Assembly (NCBI GenBank): GCA_964361405.1
Contig: CAYIAA010000004.1
Location: 10,508-74,507, forward strand
DNA length: 64,000 bases
Direction: 5' to 3'
Source of the DNA: an uncultured Candidatus Saccharibacteria bacterium
GTDB taxonomy: Bacteria; Patescibacteriota; Minisyncoccia; Phycocordibacterales; UBA3531
Both the position numbers and the translations under genes were made by a program. The notes under the pieces were generated by a model. That model did not search any database, was not told the DNA's origin, and was given only the letters and a program-made list of their open reading frames with translations. Below are positions 10,087-19,723 of this stretch, one piece after another. How positions within the stretch are numbered: the stretch's first letter is position 1; every line of letters begins with the position of its first letter.

Positions 10087-10623
10087 TTATCTATAGCGCA
10101 AGACGAGGTAGTGTCTTGCGATTTGAGCAACCGCAATACTCGCTACCAGGGCACCCAGATAAACCGCCATAATCTCTATATAGGAATAGGGAACTCTGTG
10201 GAGCGATCCCAGAATAATGGCGTATATCCACGAAGCGGAAGATATTCCTCCGCTTACGAAGATAGCCACATTTGTTACGGCGCGATTCGCAAGGAGTGAG
10301 GGGATATGTTTCAGATGAAAATAGATGCCATTTAGTATAATCACACCCACAACAGAAATTTTGGCGAGAAACTTGCTTGAACCAATGTAGTAATTAGGGT
10401 CGGTGAGAAAAAGTCCGATACCCGATATGACGAGTATGGTGAGTCCGATCCAGACCGAGGAACTCGCGAGAATGAGAAATCGTTTTTCAGTTGCGGTGAT
10501 TTTTTTATCCCGTACGCTCTCCCAAAATATCCGATCGGCCGCGAACGCGCCACCCGCGCCGATCGCGACACCGATAATGTGGAGAGTCGTGTAAAATATT
10601 TTGAGATTGAAGAATATATCCAT
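10087..10623 (-). CDS. Hypothetical polytopic membrane protein (5 TM). Possibly CopD-like, but not established.
   Basis: 178 aa and highly hydrophobic. It is the only minus-strand gene within the metal cluster. Confidence 0.45.
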   Translation of the reverse strand: MDIFFNLKIFYTTLHIIGVAIGAGGAFAADRIFWESVRDKKITATEKRFLILASSSVWIGLTILVISGIGLFLTDPNYYIGSSKFLAKISVVGVIILNGIYFHLKHIPSLLANRAVTNVAIFVSGGISSASWIYAIILGSLHRVPYSYIEIMAVYLGALVASIAVAQIARHYLVLRYR

Positions 10624-10746
10624 GATAAAACAGACTTGAGTGTATCATGGCGAGCGTGGCTTGTACTACTCGGCTTAACCGCCTATACTGTCTCTCGTGG
10701 GCACGGGAGACGGCGCAATACATTAGCAATTTTAACATTTGGAAAT

Positions 10747-11133
10747 ATGGCTGAAATCACATTTTTAATTGGCCGCATTCTCTTTGGAGGATATTTCTTT
10801 ATGAATGGGATGAATCACTTTCTGAAGCGTGGGGCGATGACGGGCTATGCAACCTCAAAAGGGGTGCCGATGCCGGAAGTCATGGTTTTGTTTTCCGGAC
10901 TTCTTATCATACTCGGCGGTCTTGGGGTTGTGCTCGGAGTTCAAATTGAAATAGCTCTCGCACTCATCATTCTTTTTCTTGTTCCGGTGACATTGAAAAT
11001 GCACGCTTTTTGGAGTATTTCTGATCCGCAAGCGAAGATGGGTGAGATGGTGAACTTTATGAAGAACACCGCACTCATTGGAGCGACACTGATGCTGTAT
11101 TCTGTTTGTGCCGTCTGGCAATCATTTCTCTAA
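10747..11133 (+). CDS. DoxX family membrane protein. The start is trimmed to ATG 10747 because the track ORF 10579 overlaps the minus-strand gene.
   Basis: ILFGGYFFMNGMNHF... matches the DoxX pattern. ~128 aa with four TM helices. Confidence 0.65.
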   Translation: MAEITFLIGRILFGGYFFMNGMNHFLKRGAMTGYATSKGVPMPEVMVLFSGLLIILGGLGVVLGVQIEIALALIILFLVPVTLKMHAFWSISDPQAKMGEMVNFMKNTALIGATLMLYSVCAVWQSFL

Positions 11134-11145
11134 ACCATTAATTAT

Positions 11146-11808
11146 TTGAGTAGTTTTGTGGTAGATAATACCCCCTTTGCGCCGGAAACTCCCGGAAAGA
11201 AAAACGATTATTTCATGAAGCGTGAGGAACGTGAACGTGCGGAGCGGGCGCGGGAACGAGCACGAATGGGGAAGCGGACACTGCGCTACTTTCTCATAGG
11301 GGTAGTTGTGCTTGGAGCCATATTCATTTTGTATCGTGCGCTTGAGAGAGGAACTCCAGCGAGTACGGACCAGAGCATCGAATACCCCATACAAGGGAGA
11401 GAGCACATTGAAGTTGGATCTACCCATCCGCCTTATAATTCAAATCCGCCGTCTTCGGGGTGGCACTATGAGGAACCAGCAAAGACAGGTTTTAGAGAAA
11501 AAGAGATTCCTGATGAACATCTGGTGCACTCTCTCGAGCACGGCGATATCTGGATTGCATACCATCCACGAGTGGTGAGCGAGGTGAAGGAGGCGCTCCA
11601 AGAGTTCGCTGGCAGTAAAGTTGTCGTGACCTCGAGATTGGCGAATGACACGGATATAGCGCTCGTCGCGTGGGGACGGGTGGATAGTTTTAGTCTCGAT
11701 CCATCCGGATTTTCCGCCACGACTACAACGCGGATTAACGATTTCATCACACGTTACGTAAATAAAGGACCCGAGCAGATTCCGGCGGGAATGAGTGAGG
11801 GGATTTAG
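11146..11808 (+). CDS. DUF3105-like secreted/membrane-anchored protein
   Basis: N-terminal TM YFLIGVVVLGAIFILY. The conserved-looking HSLEHGDIWIAY motif is characteristic of DUF3105 (assignment from memory). Confidence 0.5.
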   Translation: MSSFVVDNTPFAPETPGKKNDYFMKREERERAERARERARMGKRTLRYFLIGVVVLGAIFILYRALERGTPASTDQSIEYPIQGREHIEVGSTHPPYNSNPPSSGWHYEEPAKTGFREKEIPDEHLVHSLEHGDIWIAYHPRVVSEVKEALQEFAGSKVVVTSRLANDTDIALVAWGRVDSFSLDPSGFSATTTTRINDFITRYVNKGPEQIPAGMSEGI

Positions 11809-11823
11809 GATTACCTTTCGTGT

Positions 11824-13026
11824 GTGGGTAAATCTATGAACCCGATAGGATTTACCATTGAGAAAGAAGATTCCAGTCGAGCACGCACTGGCAGACTCTC
11901 CACTCCTCATGGCGTGGTGGAGACACCGGCATTTGTCGCGGTTGGTACCAAAGGAACCGTGAAATCGCTTACTCCGGATGACGTTCGTCGAGCGGGTGTT
12001 GGCATCGTATTTGCAAATACCTTTCACCTCTACCTTGAGCCGGGCGAGAAAATAGTCCGGGATGCGGGAGGACTCCACGCGTTCATGAACTGGAGTGGAC
12101 CACTGATGACTGACTCCGGTGGATTTCAGGTTTTTTCACTCGGTGCGGGATATGAAGGGAAAGTGAATAAATTTGGAGGGGAAGAGGAGTCGAGTTTGGT
12201 AGCGAAACCTCCACACCACCCTTTAGTTCGTGTCGATGATGACGGCGTCACGTTTCGTTCGCCCTTGGACGGAAGCGAGCACCGTTTGACCCCGGAGCGC
12301 TCGATAGAGATACAGAGGAACTTAGGAGCCGATATCGTTATTGCTTTTGATGAGTGCACATCACCTACGGCACCGCGGAAGTATCAGGAAGAAGCGCTTG
12401 TGCGGACGAATTTGTGGGCTACGCGTTCGCTCGAAGCCTTCGAGCGTCTCGGCACTTCAAGAAAACAAGGTCTCTTTGGGGTTATCCAAGGTGGGCGGTT
12501 TCGCGATTTGAGGGAAGCGAGTGCAAAATATATCGCCTCACTTCCATTCAGCGGGTTTGGCATTGGAGGGTCTTTCTCAAAAGATGATCTCGGTGACACA
12601 CTTCTCGCAGTTACCCTACACTTGCCCGCGGAGAAGCCGCGGCATCTTCTCGGTATCGGAGAGCCAGAAGATATATTTCAAGGAGTCCGCGCAGGCGTTG
12701 ATCTTTTCGACTGCGTTTCTCCGACACGCGTCGCGCGCACGGGAACTCTTTACACGAGAAAAGGGAAGATGAATATCGGAAACGCTCGGTTCAGAAATGA
12801 TTTTTCCTCGGTTGACGAAACCTGTATATGCGAACTTTGCCAAAACTATACCCGCGCCTACCTCGCACATCTTTTTCGCGCGAAAGAAATTCTCGGTATC
12901 CGGCTCGCGACAATGCACAACCTCACTTTCATCACCTCTCTCTTTCGGCGCATTCGCGAGTCTATTGCTGAGACCAAACTGGATTATTTTGAAAATGAAT
13001 TTTTCTCACACTATCGGGTGTCATGA
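11824..13026 (+). CDS. tgt: Queuine tRNA-ribosyltransferase
   Basis: LMTDSGGFQVFSLG catalytic region, the DxxD Asp nucleophile context, and a zinc site CICELCQNYTRAYLAHL (CxCxxC...H). Confidence 0.9.
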   Translation: MGKSMNPIGFTIEKEDSSRARTGRLSTPHGVVETPAFVAVGTKGTVKSLTPDDVRRAGVGIVFANTFHLYLEPGEKIVRDAGGLHAFMNWSGPLMTDSGGFQVFSLGAGYEGKVNKFGGEEESSLVAKPPHHPLVRVDDDGVTFRSPLDGSEHRLTPERSIEIQRNLGADIVIAFDECTSPTAPRKYQEEALVRTNLWATRSLEAFERLGTSRKQGLFGVIQGGRFRDLREASAKYIASLPFSGFGIGGSFSKDDLGDTLLAVTLHLPAEKPRHLLGIGEPEDIFQGVRAGVDLFDCVSPTRVARTGTLYTRKGKMNIGNARFRNDFSSVDETCICELCQNYTRAYLAHLFRAKEILGIRLATMHNLTFITSLFRRIRESIAETKLDYFENEFFSHYRVS

Positions 13027-13242
13027 ATGTAACTTGACTCTCCATTTTTTAGTGAGTACACTACAACCTAGAAAGAAATTGACAGTGGAAGGTCTTGGAG
13101 CTCGTGCCGCACACCACCTCGCTACTTCACCAACGCATACTCTCGTTCCATATCCCTCCATGTTGCCACCTGGAACGAAAGTAGAAGGAGGAAGAGGAGT
13201 CTAGCGAGCGCGAAAACTCGCTCTTCGAGATCATCCCTGGGC

Positions 13243-13288
13243 CCCACCTTGCGTCGCTTCGGCGTTCGCAAGGTGGGGTTTCTCATTT
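13243..13288 (+). terminator. Rho-independent terminator-like hairpin (12-bp stem CCCCACCTTGCG/CGCAAGGTGGGG) followed by TTTCTCATTT
   Basis: A perfect 12-bp stem seen directly, followed by a T-rich tail. It lies ~215 nt downstream of tgt and just upstream of the uvrB start. Confidence 0.5.
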
Positions 13289-13323
13289 ATGGGGTAGTCT
13301 AAGTAATATACTATGTATTCGAC

Positions 13324-15372
13324 ATGAAAAAAGGATGTTTTACCATTCATTCGCCGTGGGAGCCCGCTGGAGACCAGCCCAAGGCTATTGCCGAGCTTGT
13401 TCACGGTCTTAGAAAGGGGACGCGGCACCAAACACTTCTTGGGGTGACCGGTTCTGGAAAAACATTTACGATGGCGAACGTCATAGAGAACTGGGGAAAA
13501 CCGACACTCGTTATTGCACACAATAAAACTCTCGCCGCGCAACTCGCACAGGAATATCGAGAATTTTTTCCTGAAAGCGCTGTGCACTACTTTGTATCCT
13601 ATTATGATTTCTATCAGCCGGAAGCATACATTCCGCACTCCGACACCTATATAGAGAAAGACGCACAGGTGAACGAAGAAATTGACCGCCTGCGGCATGC
13701 AACGACCCAGGCTCTTTTGACACGGCGTGACGTCATTGTCGTCGCGTCGGTTTCGTGCATCTATGGGCTCGGTAGCCCGGAAGAGTATGAGGTTGCGAAT
13801 ATTCTCATTTCCCGTCGCGAGAAACTTACTCGTGCCACTCTTATGCGACGCCTCATAACGCTTCACTTTGAACGAACAAACGCCGATCTCAAACCCGGAG
13901 TTTTCCGCGGTATCGGGAATGCGGTCGAGATCGTCGGGTCGGGCGACCGACATATTACGCGGATTGAATGGAAAGGTGAGAAAATTGATCGGATTGAACT
14001 TATTGACCTTATCACGCGAAGGATTTTACGTGGGCTTGACTCCGTTGTTATATTTCCCGCAAAGCATTTCATGACGCCCGGCGATGAAATGAAGCGGGCG
14101 CTTGCCGCAATCTCGGATGAGCTTCAGGAGCGGCTTTCAGAACTTACAAAGGCGGGGAAACTTCTTGAAGCGGATCGCCTGAAACGCCGCACGAATTACG
14201 ATATGGCCATGATGCGCGAGGTTGGATACTGTAATGGTATTGAAAACTACTCACGCCATATCTCGGGAAAAAAAGCTGGCGAGCCGCCCGAAACCCTCCT
14301 CTCCTATTTTCCGCGTGCGAAAGATGGCACACCGGAATTTCTTACGGTGATTGATGAAAGTCACGTAACACTCCCGCAGATACGTGGGATGTATGAGGGA
14401 GATCAGTCACGCAAACGAACCCTCGCCGAACACGGTTTTCGGCTTCCATCAGCGCTCGACAACCGCCCGCTCCGCTTCAGTGAATTTGATGCACGCATTG
14501 GGGCAGCTATCTACACTTCCGCAACGCCCGCCGAGTATGAGCTTGAGCTCTCGAGGAAGGAAGGCAAGGTTGTGGAACAAATCATACGACCGACGGGGCT
14601 CGTCGACCCGGAGATTGAAGTGCGCCCGATTATTAGTTCATCGAAAGGAAAGAGCTACGGAGGACAGATTGCTGACTTGATAGAAGAAGTTATCAAAGTT
14701 ACCGGAGAGGGCGGCAGGTCGATTGTGACAACTTTGACGAAAAAAATGGCAGAGGATTTGAGTGAGTACCTGAAAGAAAAAAAAATCAAGGCCGAATATC
14801 TTCACAGCGATATCAAAACGCTTGAGCGCATCAAGATTCTCACCGAATTTAGGAGGGGAACATTCGACTGCCTCATTGGTGTGAACCTTCTTCGTGAAGG
14901 ACTCGATTTGCCCGAAGTCGTTTTCATCGGTATTCTCGATGCGGATAAAGAAGGATTTCTTCGCTCGGAGACTTCGCTTATTCAAACCATCGGCCGAGCC
15001 TCACGGAATGTTCGTGGCCGTGTGATTCTCTATGCAGACCACATGACGGGCTCAATGGAGCGTGCCATCGGAGAGACGAACCGTAGGCGGGGAGTCCAGC
15101 TCGCGTACAACAAAAAGCACGGAATTACGCCGAAATCGATTCAAAAATCGGTTGGTGATATCACTGAACAGATTGAGAGCACATACAAGAAAACCGTCGC
15201 TGATATTCTTGCCATAGATAAACTACGTTTCTCGGAGAATCCAAAGAAACTTATTGCCGAGAAAGAGAAACAAATGAACGAAGCCGTGAAAGAGCTTGAT
15301 TTTGAGACCGCGGCGATTGTGCGAGATGAATTACTCGAGCTTCGACGTCTGGTTGGAAAAACACTCGATTGA
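13324..15372 (+). CDS. uvrB: Excinuclease ABC subunit B
   Basis: GVTGSGKTFTMANVIE Walker A, helicase motifs, C-terminal UVR domain (ETAAIVRDELLELRR). Confidence 0.95.
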   Translation: MKKGCFTIHSPWEPAGDQPKAIAELVHGLRKGTRHQTLLGVTGSGKTFTMANVIENWGKPTLVIAHNKTLAAQLAQEYREFFPESAVHYFVSYYDFYQPEAYIPHSDTYIEKDAQVNEEIDRLRHATTQALLTRRDVIVVASVSCIYGLGSPEEYEVANILISRREKLTRATLMRRLITLHFERTNADLKPGVFRGIGNAVEIVGSGDRHITRIEWKGEKIDRIELIDLITRRILRGLDSVVIFPAKHFMTPGDEMKRALAAISDELQERLSELTKAGKLLEADRLKRRTNYDMAMMREVGYCNGIENYSRHISGKKAGEPPETLLSYFPRAKDGTPEFLTVIDESHVTLPQIRGMYEGDQSRKRTLAEHGFRLPSALDNRPLRFSEFDARIGAAIYTSATPAEYELELSRKEGKVVEQIIRPTGLVDPEIEVRPIISSSKGKSYGGQIADLIEEVIKVTGEGGRSIVTTLTKKMAEDLSEYLKEKKIKAEYLHSDIKTLERIKILTEFRRGTFDCLIGVNLLREGLDLPEVVFIGILDADKEGFLRSETSLIQTIGRASRNVRGRVILYADHMTGSMERAIGETNRRRGVQLAYNKKHGITPKSIQKSVGDITEQIESTYKKTVADILAIDKLRFSENPKKLIAEKEKQMNEAVKELDFETAAIVRDELLELRRLVGKTLD

Positions 15373-15456
15373 CGAGAATGCCTCTAGGATTTGAGGGACC
15401 GGAGGTCGACATGCTAAACTCACGGTACCCCTCTAGGGCACCAGAGCGGGTTTTTC

Positions 15457-16473
15457 ATGTTATTTAACGAAGGTACTCGGGCACCACAAAAACTCCTCGT
15501 CGCGGCACTTATCGTGACCGGCTTTGTTGTGGGCGGAGTGGCTCTCTTTGAGGCTCACTTTGTGAGCACTGGAGAGCTCACTCTACTCCTTGAAGAGTCA
15601 AACCAAGAGATTGCTCTACTCCGCGATGAGCTTGGTCAAGTTACTATTGAGACCGAAACTCTCCTTAAAAATGCAAGCGAAGAGACAAAGCGGGAAGTAG
15701 ATCAAAGACTTGCCGAAGAAGCGAAAAAGCTCGCTTCAGTCGAGGAAAAACTCTCGCAGGAATCTTTTGAGCGGAATAAGGCAGAGTCGCAGATACGGGC
15801 TCTGACCGGACTTTCAGAATCGAAAATTCTCGAACTCGAACAAAAATTCTCGAATTCACAATATAACGTAGCCCAGGTGATTGCGGCGTGGAGACCTCGG
15901 ACAGTGAGTGTCGTTTGCAATTTTGGGCTAAACAAGCGGAGCGGATCGGGAACGCTGTACCGATATGTCGAGAACGGAGCGGAAAAATTTGCCGTTCTTA
16001 CCAATCGTCATATCGTTATTGATTCGCAAAACATATCCGCATCTTCATGTGAACTGCGGTTTCCCGACCATACCACGACATATACCGGCTCTCGCGCCGC
16101 GGGTGACATCGAGATTTCAAGCGACGGGTATGATTTCGGACGTATCATAATCGGAAATCCGAGTCAGTATCTTCGGAGTATCGCAACGTCCAATGCATCT
16201 TTCTGCTCCCTGCGCGCCGCTATCGGGGACGAGATTATCATCTTAGGGTACCCGCTCATCGGTTCGCAGAATGATATAACGGCGACGGACGGCATTATCT
16301 CCGGGTACGACTCCGACTACTACATCACTTCCGCCAAGGTTGAACAGGGGAATTCAGGGGGCACTGCAGTCCTTCTCTCGAAGAATTGCCTCCTTGGAAT
16401 TCCAACCTTTGTTCAGCTGGGAACGCTCGAGGCGCTCGCGCGCATTCTCGATATCAGTGTTATTGCGCGCTAA
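15457..16473 (+). CDS. Trypsin-like (S1/S1C) serine peptidase domain protein with an N-terminal TM anchor and a coiled-coil segment
   Basis: TM LLVAALIVTGFVVGGVALF. Coiled-coil at residues 40-130. C-terminal catalytic-serine region KVEQGNSGGTAV (GDSGG-like). Confidence 0.65.
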   Translation: MLFNEGTRAPQKLLVAALIVTGFVVGGVALFEAHFVSTGELTLLLEESNQEIALLRDELGQVTIETETLLKNASEETKREVDQRLAEEAKKLASVEEKLSQESFERNKAESQIRALTGLSESKILELEQKFSNSQYNVAQVIAAWRPRTVSVVCNFGLNKRSGSGTLYRYVENGAEKFAVLTNRHIVIDSQNISASSCELRFPDHTTTYTGSRAAGDIEISSDGYDFGRIIIGNPSQYLRSIATSNASFCSLRAAIGDEIIILGYPLIGSQNDITATDGIISGYDSDYYITSAKVEQGNSGGTAVLLSKNCLLGIPTFVQLGTLEALARILDISVIAR

Positions 16474-16475
16474 GC

Positions 16476-19034
16476 ATGGAAGATCACATCACAATCAAGG
16501 GGGCGCGGACGCATAATCTCCAGAATGTTTCCCTTTCTCTCCCGCGAAACAAACTGATTGTTTTCACCGGACTCTCGGGATCGGGTAAATCCTCTCTCGC
16601 CTTCGACACGATTTTTGCGGAAGGACAGCGTCGTTACGTCGAATCGCTTTCGGCCTATGCCCGGCAATTTTTTCGGCAGATGCAGAAACCCGATGTTGAC
16701 GAGATTACCGGTCTTTCCCCAGCCATCTCCATTGATCAGAAATCACGTTCCAATAATCCTCGCTCGACCGTCGCCACGATTACGGAGATTTATGATTATT
16801 TGCGCGTTCTCTATGCTCGCGTAGGCCATCCACACTGCCTCGAGTGCGGTGACGAAATTAAGAAACTTTCCCAAGAGGAAATTACGAATCTCGTGCTTGC
16901 CCGTGTTGGAAAAGGAGTTGGGTATTCAAAAATACAGATTCTCGCGCCAGTCGTGCGCGGGAGAAAAGGGGAATACTATCAACTGCTCTACGACTTCCTC
17001 GGCAAGGGGTTCGCAAAGGTTGTCGTTGATGGTGAAGAAAAAAGTCTCCGCGAACGGATACTTCTCTCGCGCCATAAGAAGCATCACATTGACATCGTTG
17101 TTGACGAGCTCGATCCAGGGGCATTTCCCGGTAAGCGCGGTTTCCGCGAGCGGCTTTCCGAGGCAATCGAGCGCGCACTTGCCGAGACGGACGGAATCAT
17201 TCGAGTTTCTTTTTCCAAGGGGAGACGGAAGAAACCTTCGAAAGACGACACTCCAGACGAAATCCTTGTATCAACGAACTATACCTGTCCCAAGGACGGT
17301 TTTTCTTTTGTTGAGATTGAACCGCGTCTTTTTTCATTCAATTCTCCGTATGGCGCGTGCCCAAAGTGCCACGGCCTCGGCACTAAACACTTTTTCGGAG
17401 AAGAAGATTGCGAGACGTGTAAGGGTGCTCGGCTTCGCCCTGAAGCGCTCCATGTGCTTATTGGAGGGAAGAATATTGTTGACCTCGCGAATTCCACCAT
17501 TGCGGATGCATCAGGGTTTTTCGATGCACTTTCGATGACGGAGAAAGAGAAAGAGATTGCGGCACCAGTGACACGGGAGATCATATCGCGACTCTCCTTT
17601 ATGCTTGAAGTGGGGCTTGATTATTTGGCACTCTCGCGCCGTGCCAACACGCTCTCCGGCGGAGAAGGTCAACGCATCCGACTTGCTTCCCAGCTCGGCT
17701 CGCGGCTCGTGGGTGCGCTCTATGTTCTGGACGAGCCAACAATCGGGCTCCATCAGCGCGATAACGAGCGGCTTATAAAAACCTTAAAGGAACTCCGCAA
17801 TCTCGGGAATACGATTATCGTGGTCGAGCATGATGAAGATACGATCTATGCCTCTGACTATCTTGTTGACATCGGTCCCGGGGCGGGAATTCACGGCGGC
17901 AAGATTGTGGTCTCCGATGATACGGATAAATTACTCACCGCAAAGCGCAATACATCGAAATCAATCACACTTGAGTATCTCCGCGGCGAACGAGAAATCC
18001 CTATTTCTCTCCCGCGACGAGGGAAAGATAAAGGCACGCTCGTGATTGAAGGCGCTTCTATCTATAACATCAAGAACCAGAATTTTTCGATTCCACTCGG
18101 AAGAATAATCGCAATTACCGGTGTATCCGGTTCCGGCAAGTCAACGCTTCTCTATGAACTTCTGTATAAAAATCTTCGGGCGCGTTTTGACCGTCGGTAC
18201 CGGTCAAATGAAGTGTTCCATTGCGCCAAGTTTTCCGGGGTAGAGTATGTGAGTCGCACGGTCTTGGTCGACCAAAGCCCCATCGGCCGGACGCCGCGTT
18301 CGAACCCCGCTACCTATACGGGTACTTTTACCTTTATCCGCGAACTCTTTTCCGCTACGGAGGAGGCACGGTTCCGCGGGTGGGGCCCCGGGAGGTTCTC
18401 TTTCAATGTCCGAGGTGGGCGCTGTGAGGCATGTGAGGGAAATGGGAGTATCGCCGTTGAAATGCAATTTTTGCCCACTGTCTTTGTCACCTGCGATGTA
18501 TGCTTGGGGAAGCGATTTGAAGCCGAGACGCTTGAAGTTCGTTACAAGAAAAAAAATATCTACGATGTTCTCAAAATGACGGTCGAGGGGTCGCTTGAAT
18601 TTTTTAAAGACATTCCCGCGATTTACGATCGCCTGAAAACGCTTGACGATGTGGGACTCGGCTACCTTGAGCTCGGGCAGAGCGCGACGACGCTCTCTGG
18701 CGGAGAGGCCCAGCGGATTAAAATTTCCTCCGAACTCTACCGGCCTTTTACCGAGCGCACTATCTATCTCATGGACGAGCCGACAGTGGGGCTTCACTAT
18801 GAAGATGTCCGACATTTGATTGTGGTCTTAGAGCGACTCGTCAACCGCGGTAATACCGTGGTAGTGATTGAGCATAACTTAGATGTCATCAAGTGTGCCG
18901 ACTGGGTTATTGACCTCGGCCCAGAGGGGGGCGTTGGAGGCGGAAGGGTTATTGCCAAAGGAACCCCCGAAGAAATTGCCGAGAACAAACATTCCCACAC
19001 TGCAAAATATTTGAAGAGAACTCTTAAAAAATGA
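16476..19034 (+). CDS. uvrA: Excinuclease ABC subunit A. The start is set at ATG 16476 (MEDHITIKGARTHNL); the track ORF start at 16386 overlaps the protease gene.
   Basis: Two ABC modules (GLSGSGKSSLAFDT; GVSGSGKSTLLYE), LSGGEGQRIRLA and LSGGEAQRIKIS signatures, and Zn-finger cysteines (CPKCHGLG, CEACEGNG). Confidence 0.95.
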   Translation: MEDHITIKGARTHNLQNVSLSLPRNKLIVFTGLSGSGKSSLAFDTIFAEGQRRYVESLSAYARQFFRQMQKPDVDEITGLSPAISIDQKSRSNNPRSTVATITEIYDYLRVLYARVGHPHCLECGDEIKKLSQEEITNLVLARVGKGVGYSKIQILAPVVRGRKGEYYQLLYDFLGKGFAKVVVDGEEKSLRERILLSRHKKHHIDIVVDELDPGAFPGKRGFRERLSEAIERALAETDGIIRVSFSKGRRKKPSKDDTPDEILVSTNYTCPKDGFSFVEIEPRLFSFNSPYGACPKCHGLGTKHFFGEEDCETCKGARLRPEALHVLIGGKNIVDLANSTIADASGFFDALSMTEKEKEIAAPVTREIISRLSFMLEVGLDYLALSRRANTLSGGEGQRIRLASQLGSRLVGALYVLDEPTIGLHQRDNERLIKTLKELRNLGNTIIVVEHDEDTIYASDYLVDIGPGAGIHGGKIVVSDDTDKLLTAKRNTSKSITLEYLRGEREIPISLPRRGKDKGTLVIEGASIYNIKNQNFSIPLGRIIAITGVSGSGKSTLLYELLYKNLRARFDRRYRSNEVFHCAKFSGVEYVSRTVLVDQSPIGRTPRSNPATYTGTFTFIRELFSATEEARFRGWGPGRFSFNVRGGRCEACEGNGSIAVEMQFLPTVFVTCDVCLGKRFEAETLEVRYKKKNIYDVLKMTVEGSLEFFKDIPAIYDRLKTLDDVGLGYLELGQSATTLSGGEAQRIKISSELYRPFTERTIYLMDEPTVGLHYEDVRHLIVVLERLVNRGNTVVVIEHNLDVIKCADWVIDLGPEGGVGGGRVIAKGTPEEIAENKHSHTAKYLKRTLKK

Positions 19035-19037
19035 TCT

Positions 19038-19069
19038 AGCCCCGTCCGGCTTGGCTACCGGACGGGGCT
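19038..19069. terminator. Bidirectional terminator-like hairpin (12-bp perfect stem AGCCCCGTCCGG/CCGGACGGGGCT). On the minus strand a TTTTTT run follows it.
   Basis: Seen directly. It begins 4 nt after the uvrA stop. The minus-strand reading is hairpin+AGATCATTTTTTAAG. Confidence 0.5.
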
Positions 19070-19372
19070 AGGGGGGAAAAGCGTGATGATCTGCGAGAGG
19101 ATTTCGACCGCTCTTTGCAGTGTTTCCGTGGGGAGATCGACATTCTCAGACACGCTGGGGTGTCTTTCCATGGCGAACGCGAGGCGGATATACTTGTGTC
19201 CCCGGTGCAGATTGATCAGGTGACGGAGATCGGTCAGAGAGCACGTGCTGATGAACTTGCTGTCAGCAGAGACAAGGGAGACCATATGGTTTTTATGGTC
19301 GTACCTGACGTGCAAACCCTCAACCGTTTCTGGAACAGCGATCATGAAAAAAATTTCGCTTAGAGTCGGCAA
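19055..19372 (-). CDS. Hypothetical small protein (105 aa). Coding status uncertain.
   Basis: Second ORF of a tandem minus-strand pair separated by 2 nt. Its 3' end runs into the hairpin. No recognisable domain. Confidence 0.3.
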   Translation of the reverse strand: MPTLSEIFFMIAVPETVEGLHVRYDHKNHMVSLVSADSKFISTCSLTDLRHLINLHRGHKYIRLAFAMERHPSVSENVDLPTETLQRAVEILSQIITLFPPSPVR

Positions 19373-19374
19373 GG

Positions 19375-19623
19375 CTACAGGTCTTCCTCGGCAAATGACC
19401 GTGTTGGTGGGGTGTTTTCGCCCGCAAAATCAATAGCCGCAAGTGCGGTGCTACGGGCTATATGAGCTCGAGCTTCATCTCGTGGAATACCATGCCGTGC
19501 AAGAGATTCCACTTTGTCGTTGAGAATCCATTTGAGATGGCCCATGAGGTTCCTGCACTCGTACTCGATAATTGTCCTGATTTGTTTCTCCGCTAAGATT
19601 CTCGATTCCGGTGCTTCACCCAC
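19375..19623 (-). CDS. Hypothetical small protein (82 aa). Coding status uncertain.
   Basis: First ORF of the tandem minus-strand pair between uvrA and uvrC. Predicted helical. No recognisable domain. Confidence 0.3.
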   Translation of the reverse strand: MGEAPESRILAEKQIRTIIEYECRNLMGHLKWILNDKVESLARHGIPRDEARAHIARSTALAAIDFAGENTPPTRSFAEEDL

Positions 19624-19723
19624 TGTCTGTCTCCTTTGTGAGATTTATTAAGAACACTCTTTTCCTATACTGCCGATATGAAGTGGATGAGTCAAGCTTT
19701 TCTACAAACATTGAGTATCATGA

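Noticed and set aside
10579-10746. Extended N-terminus of the second DoxX gene
   Set aside because: It overlaps the convergent/divergent minus-strand membrane gene. The DoxX domain begins at Met 10747.
16386-16475. Extended N-terminus of uvrA proposed by the ORF track
   Set aside because: The extension overlaps the protease gene and is not UvrA-like. The conserved UvrA N-terminus begins at ATG 16476.
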